DNA of 64,000 nucleotides from Candidatus Neptunichlamydia sp. (GTDB lineage Bacteria; Chlamydiota; Chlamydiia; Chlamydiales; Simkaniaceae): NCBI GenBank assembly GCA_965233865.1, contig OZ247587.1, positions 1,184,001 to 1,248,000 of the forward strand, read 5' to 3'. Shown piece by piece: positions 61,018 to 64,000 of this stretch (position 1 is its first letter; each line of letters starts with the position of its first letter). The notes under the pieces were generated by a model. It saw only the letters and a program-made list of their open reading frames with translations, ran no database searches and was not told where the DNA came from. The position numbers and the translations under genes were made by a program.

Positions 61018-63352
61018 AATCGCCCTCCTATTATTATTGTGTATCTCCGCTTTACATGGGCAAACTATCGAAGAAAAGCGGGACTCTCTCCTCCTTCAGA
61101 AGGAAGAGAAAGAGCTTCGCAGTTTTTTAAACGAAATCAATGGCCAACTCCGAAAGCTTCGTATTGTAATGGAAGAAAAGTATGAACTCGTCAATGAATA
61201 TCATAAACATGGAGCAGGAGAGAATGAATACCAAGATCTTTTAAAAGACGTAAATGGAATCCGTCGTGAAATCCAAGACCTCGAAAAAGAATGGCACGAT
61301 CTTGTTGTCACCGAGGCAAAAAAAGAGGATGAGGGATACGCTCTTTGGGACCAGGAAGAGACCTCTCTCTCTCAGTTGATTATGGAATACGGTTCGAGCG
61401 ACTATTTGTATGTGATTCCTCCGGAAGTTTTGTCGATTAAACTTCATATGCATTCTGACATTCCAATCCCTCGTGAATCTTGGAATGATCTCCTAGAAAT
61501 AATCCTCTCTCATAATGGAATTGGAGTCAAACAACTCAACTCATATACACGACAGCTTTACATATTGAAGCAAGATTTAGTTGCAGTAGACCAGGTTCTT
61601 AACAATCCCCGTAACCTCCTGCGCATCCCTCCGAAAACACGTGTAGCTTATATTTTCTCACCTCCTCCCGAAAGAATTAAAGGAGTGTCTCAGTTTTTTG
61701 AACGGTTCCGTGATCCTAAAATGACCTTTGTTTATCAGGTGGGGTACAAGATAGCGATCATCTCTTCCAAAGAAGAAGTGGAGAAGCTGTTAGCTCTTTA
61801 TGATGCTGTGTGGGAAAAGGAAAACGAAAAACTTACGCGCGTTTTTCCGATGGACCGGCTAAAGCCTGAGGAAATGGAAAAAATCTTAGTTGCCTATTTT
61901 GGTGATTTAACAAAAAAGCCACGAGTGGGTTTAACAAAGGGAGAAGGGGATGACTTGGTCATACTCCCTCTTAAAAACGAAGGGTCTTTAGTTCTAATTG
62001 GCCCAAAAGACATGATCGATCGTGCAGAACATATCATTAAAGAGACAGAAGGGCAGATTGAAGACCCAATGGAGATGACAGTTTATTGGTACACCTGTCG
62101 TCATAGCGATCCGCTTGATGTTGCTGAAATCTTAGGGAAAGTCTATGCATCACTTATTTATTCAGGGATTGAAGGTCAAGCTCCTCGTCCTGAAGGGAGC
62201 CTAATCCCGCCTACCCGTTTGTTAGAGTCTTCGCTCGAGCCACAACTTTCTCCACCTACGTATGGCTCTCCTCCCTATTCTACTGTTGTGCACCCTCCAA
62301 CAGCAGTTGCCGCAACAATAGAATCTCAGAAAGAAAAGTCATTTACCACCAACTTCATTCCTGATCCAAAAACAGGTTCAGTTATGATGGTTGTACGGCG
62401 TGACACACTGGATAAGATTAAGAATTTAATTCGGAAGATTGATGTTCCGAAAAAAATGGTTCAAATTGAAGTCCTGCTTTTTGAAAAAAGGATAAAAAAC
62501 CAAAATGATTTTGGTCTTAACTTATTGCGTTTGGGTTCAGCTGCAACCAATACTCATAAAACCGGTTTAAAATATGAAACAAGTCTAGGACATGCCAGCA
62601 AGGGAATTATAGACTTTTTTATTTTTAGAGAAAAACCGAGCGATTTTTGGCCAGCATTTGATATTGCCTACAATTTTTTGATGGCCCAAGAAGATGTTAG
62701 AATTAATGCAGCACCTTCTGTCACAACACTCAACCAAACCCCTGCTCAAATCTCGCTTGTTACGGAAATTTCAATCGATAATGGAGCTGCACCGATAGAT
62801 TCGAATCAAGGAATAGCATTCCAGAAGTCCTATTCGCGGGCGCAATATGGGACCACGATGGTGATTACTCCAACCATTCATGATCCCGAACATCCTGATG
62901 ATGAAAAACATTTTGTCACACTTGAAACCAATATCACTTTTGATACGATTAAAAAAAACACTCAGGAAGACCGCCCTGCTGTTAGTCGACGCCATGTTGA
63001 AAATCAAGTGCGTGTCATTGATGGTGAGACGGTGATTTTGGGTGGTCTCCGTGAGAAAACAGCAGAAGATTCAAGTAGTAAGATTCCTTTTTTAGGAGAA
63101 CTACCAGGGATTGGGAAATTTTTTGGGGATTCTCGAATGACTGATGAAAAAACCGAAATGTTTATTTTTATTACCCCAAAAATTGTTTTCGATGTGAAAG
63201 GTGAGCATGAAAAACTACGGCTGGAAGCTCTCATGAAACGGCCGGGGGATCTTCCTGAATTTCTAGAGAGGATTCAGGAGGCGAGGAAGCGAAGCAAAAA
63301 AAGTCTCTTTGATAATAGTTTAAAACTCCTTTTTGGAAATGTCGATGGCTGA
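61007..63352 (+). CDS. gspD: Type II secretion secretin
   Basis: IDVPKKMVQIEV, DGETVILGG, KIPFLGELPGIG and MFIFITP motifs. Confidence 0.9.
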   Translation: MKNRIALLLLLCISALHGQTIEEKRDSLLLQKEEKELRSFLNEINGQLRKLRIVMEEKYELVNEYHKHGAGENEYQDLLKDVNGIRREIQDLEKEWHDLVVTEAKKEDEGYALWDQEETSLSQLIMEYGSSDYLYVIPPEVLSIKLHMHSDIPIPRESWNDLLEIILSHNGIGVKQLNSYTRQLYILKQDLVAVDQVLNNPRNLLRIPPKTRVAYIFSPPPERIKGVSQFFERFRDPKMTFVYQVGYKIAIISSKEEVEKLLALYDAVWEKENEKLTRVFPMDRLKPEEMEKILVAYFGDLTKKPRVGLTKGEGDDLVILPLKNEGSLVLIGPKDMIDRAEHIIKETEGQIEDPMEMTVYWYTCRHSDPLDVAEILGKVYASLIYSGIEGQAPRPEGSLIPPTRLLESSLEPQLSPPTYGSPPYSTVVHPPTAVAATIESQKEKSFTTNFIPDPKTGSVMMVVRRDTLDKIKNLIRKIDVPKKMVQIEVLLFEKRIKNQNDFGLNLLRLGSAATNTHKTGLKYETSLGHASKGIIDFFIFREKPSDFWPAFDIAYNFLMAQEDVRINAAPSVTTLNQTPAQISLVTEISIDNGAAPIDSNQGIAFQKSYSRAQYGTTMVITPTIHDPEHPDDEKHFVTLETNITFDTIKKNTQEDRPAVSRRHVENQVRVIDGETVILGGLREKTAEDSSSKIPFLGELPGIGKFFGDSRMTDEKTEMFIFITPKIVFDVKGEHEKLRLEALMKRPGDLPEFLERIQEARKRSKKSLFDNSLKLLFGNVDG

Positions 63353-64000
63353 TGTAGAAGATGACTATCTTTTTGCAGATCGCTTTGGTCTTACTTCCAT
63401 GTATGATCTTTCAAATAGCCCTTTTGTTGCTCAGGGCATTCAGAAGCTTCCCTACGGTTTTGTAAAACAGAAACTTGTACTTCCTATTGAAGAAAAAGAA
63501 GGAAAATTAGTCGTTGCGATTTCCCACCCTTATGACTTAGAGGTGCTAGAGGAAATTCGATGCATCACTGGGCAAGATATTGAAGAGGTCTTCTGCCCTC
63601 AGGCATCTCTCGAAGAGGCTATTGAAAAATGCTATCACCAAGGAGAGAAAGAAGCCTCTCAGTATATTGAAGGCCTTAAAAAAGAAGGGCAGGAAGTTAT
63701 TTCTGAGGAGAGTGATGATGAATACGATCTTCTCGATAAACAAGACAATTCCCCTGTTGTTAGACTGTTAAATATGGTTATTATCGAAGCGATTCAGCAG
63801 GGATCCTCTGATATCCATTTCGAACCGCTCGAAAATAAAATGGCTGTTCGGTATCGGATCGATGGTGTTCTTCAATTTCGCCATTCCCCTCCTCCAGATC
63901 TTTGTAAACAACTTCTAACGCGCATCAAGGTGATAGCAAAGATGGATATTGCAGAATATCGCCTTCCTCAAGATGGACGGATTAAGCTTCGGATGGGAGG
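63345..64000 (+). CDS. gspE: Type II secretion ATPase, partial (runs off window)
   Basis: SSDIHFEP, RYRIDGVL and RIKVIAKMDIAEYRLPQDGRI motifs. Confidence 0.92.
   Translation, partial: MADVEDDYLFADRFGLTSMYDLSNSPFVAQGIQKLPYGFVKQKLVLPIEEKEGKLVVAISHPYDLEVLEEIRCITGQDIEEVFCPQASLEEAIEKCYHQGEKEASQYIEGLKKEGQEVISEESDDEYDLLDKQDNSPVVRLLNMVIIEAIQQGSSDIHFEPLENKMAVRYRIDGVLQFRHSPPPDLCKQLLTRIKVIAKMDIAEYRLPQDGRIKLRMG

Overview
Chromosomal window from an environmental Chlamydiae member, most similar in gene content to the Simkaniaceae. This assignment is inferred from chlamydial-type RpoD, the dusB-yggT-PilM-like-MORN block, two tandem MOMP-like porins and gspD/gspE. Core genes (rpoD, rpsT, recD-like, mutY, gspD, gspE, glycosyltransferase clusters) flank a decayed, IS-riddled, plasmid-like island at about 21.6-22.8 kb and 25.4-55.2 kb that carries parA, a dead serine resolvase and ParB-like remnants. 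The main find is inside the island: ten paralogous small genes with a one-zinc RING/U-box/SP-RING-like domain. Six sit behind one recurring promoter family, and nine are translationally coupled to a variable downstream partner. Partners include NLS-like basic N-termini, HEXXH M91/NleD-like metalloproteases and a Cys/His protease-like domain. The paralogs are mosaics shuffled at a conserved motif. The island also encodes a canonical RING-H2 tail-anchored protein, an HTH-ribosomal-S15-like fusion, an IS-split URI/GIY-YIG toxin with Imm26-like immunity, and a four-copy non-coding element. All family calls are by-eye motif recognition; no database search was run.
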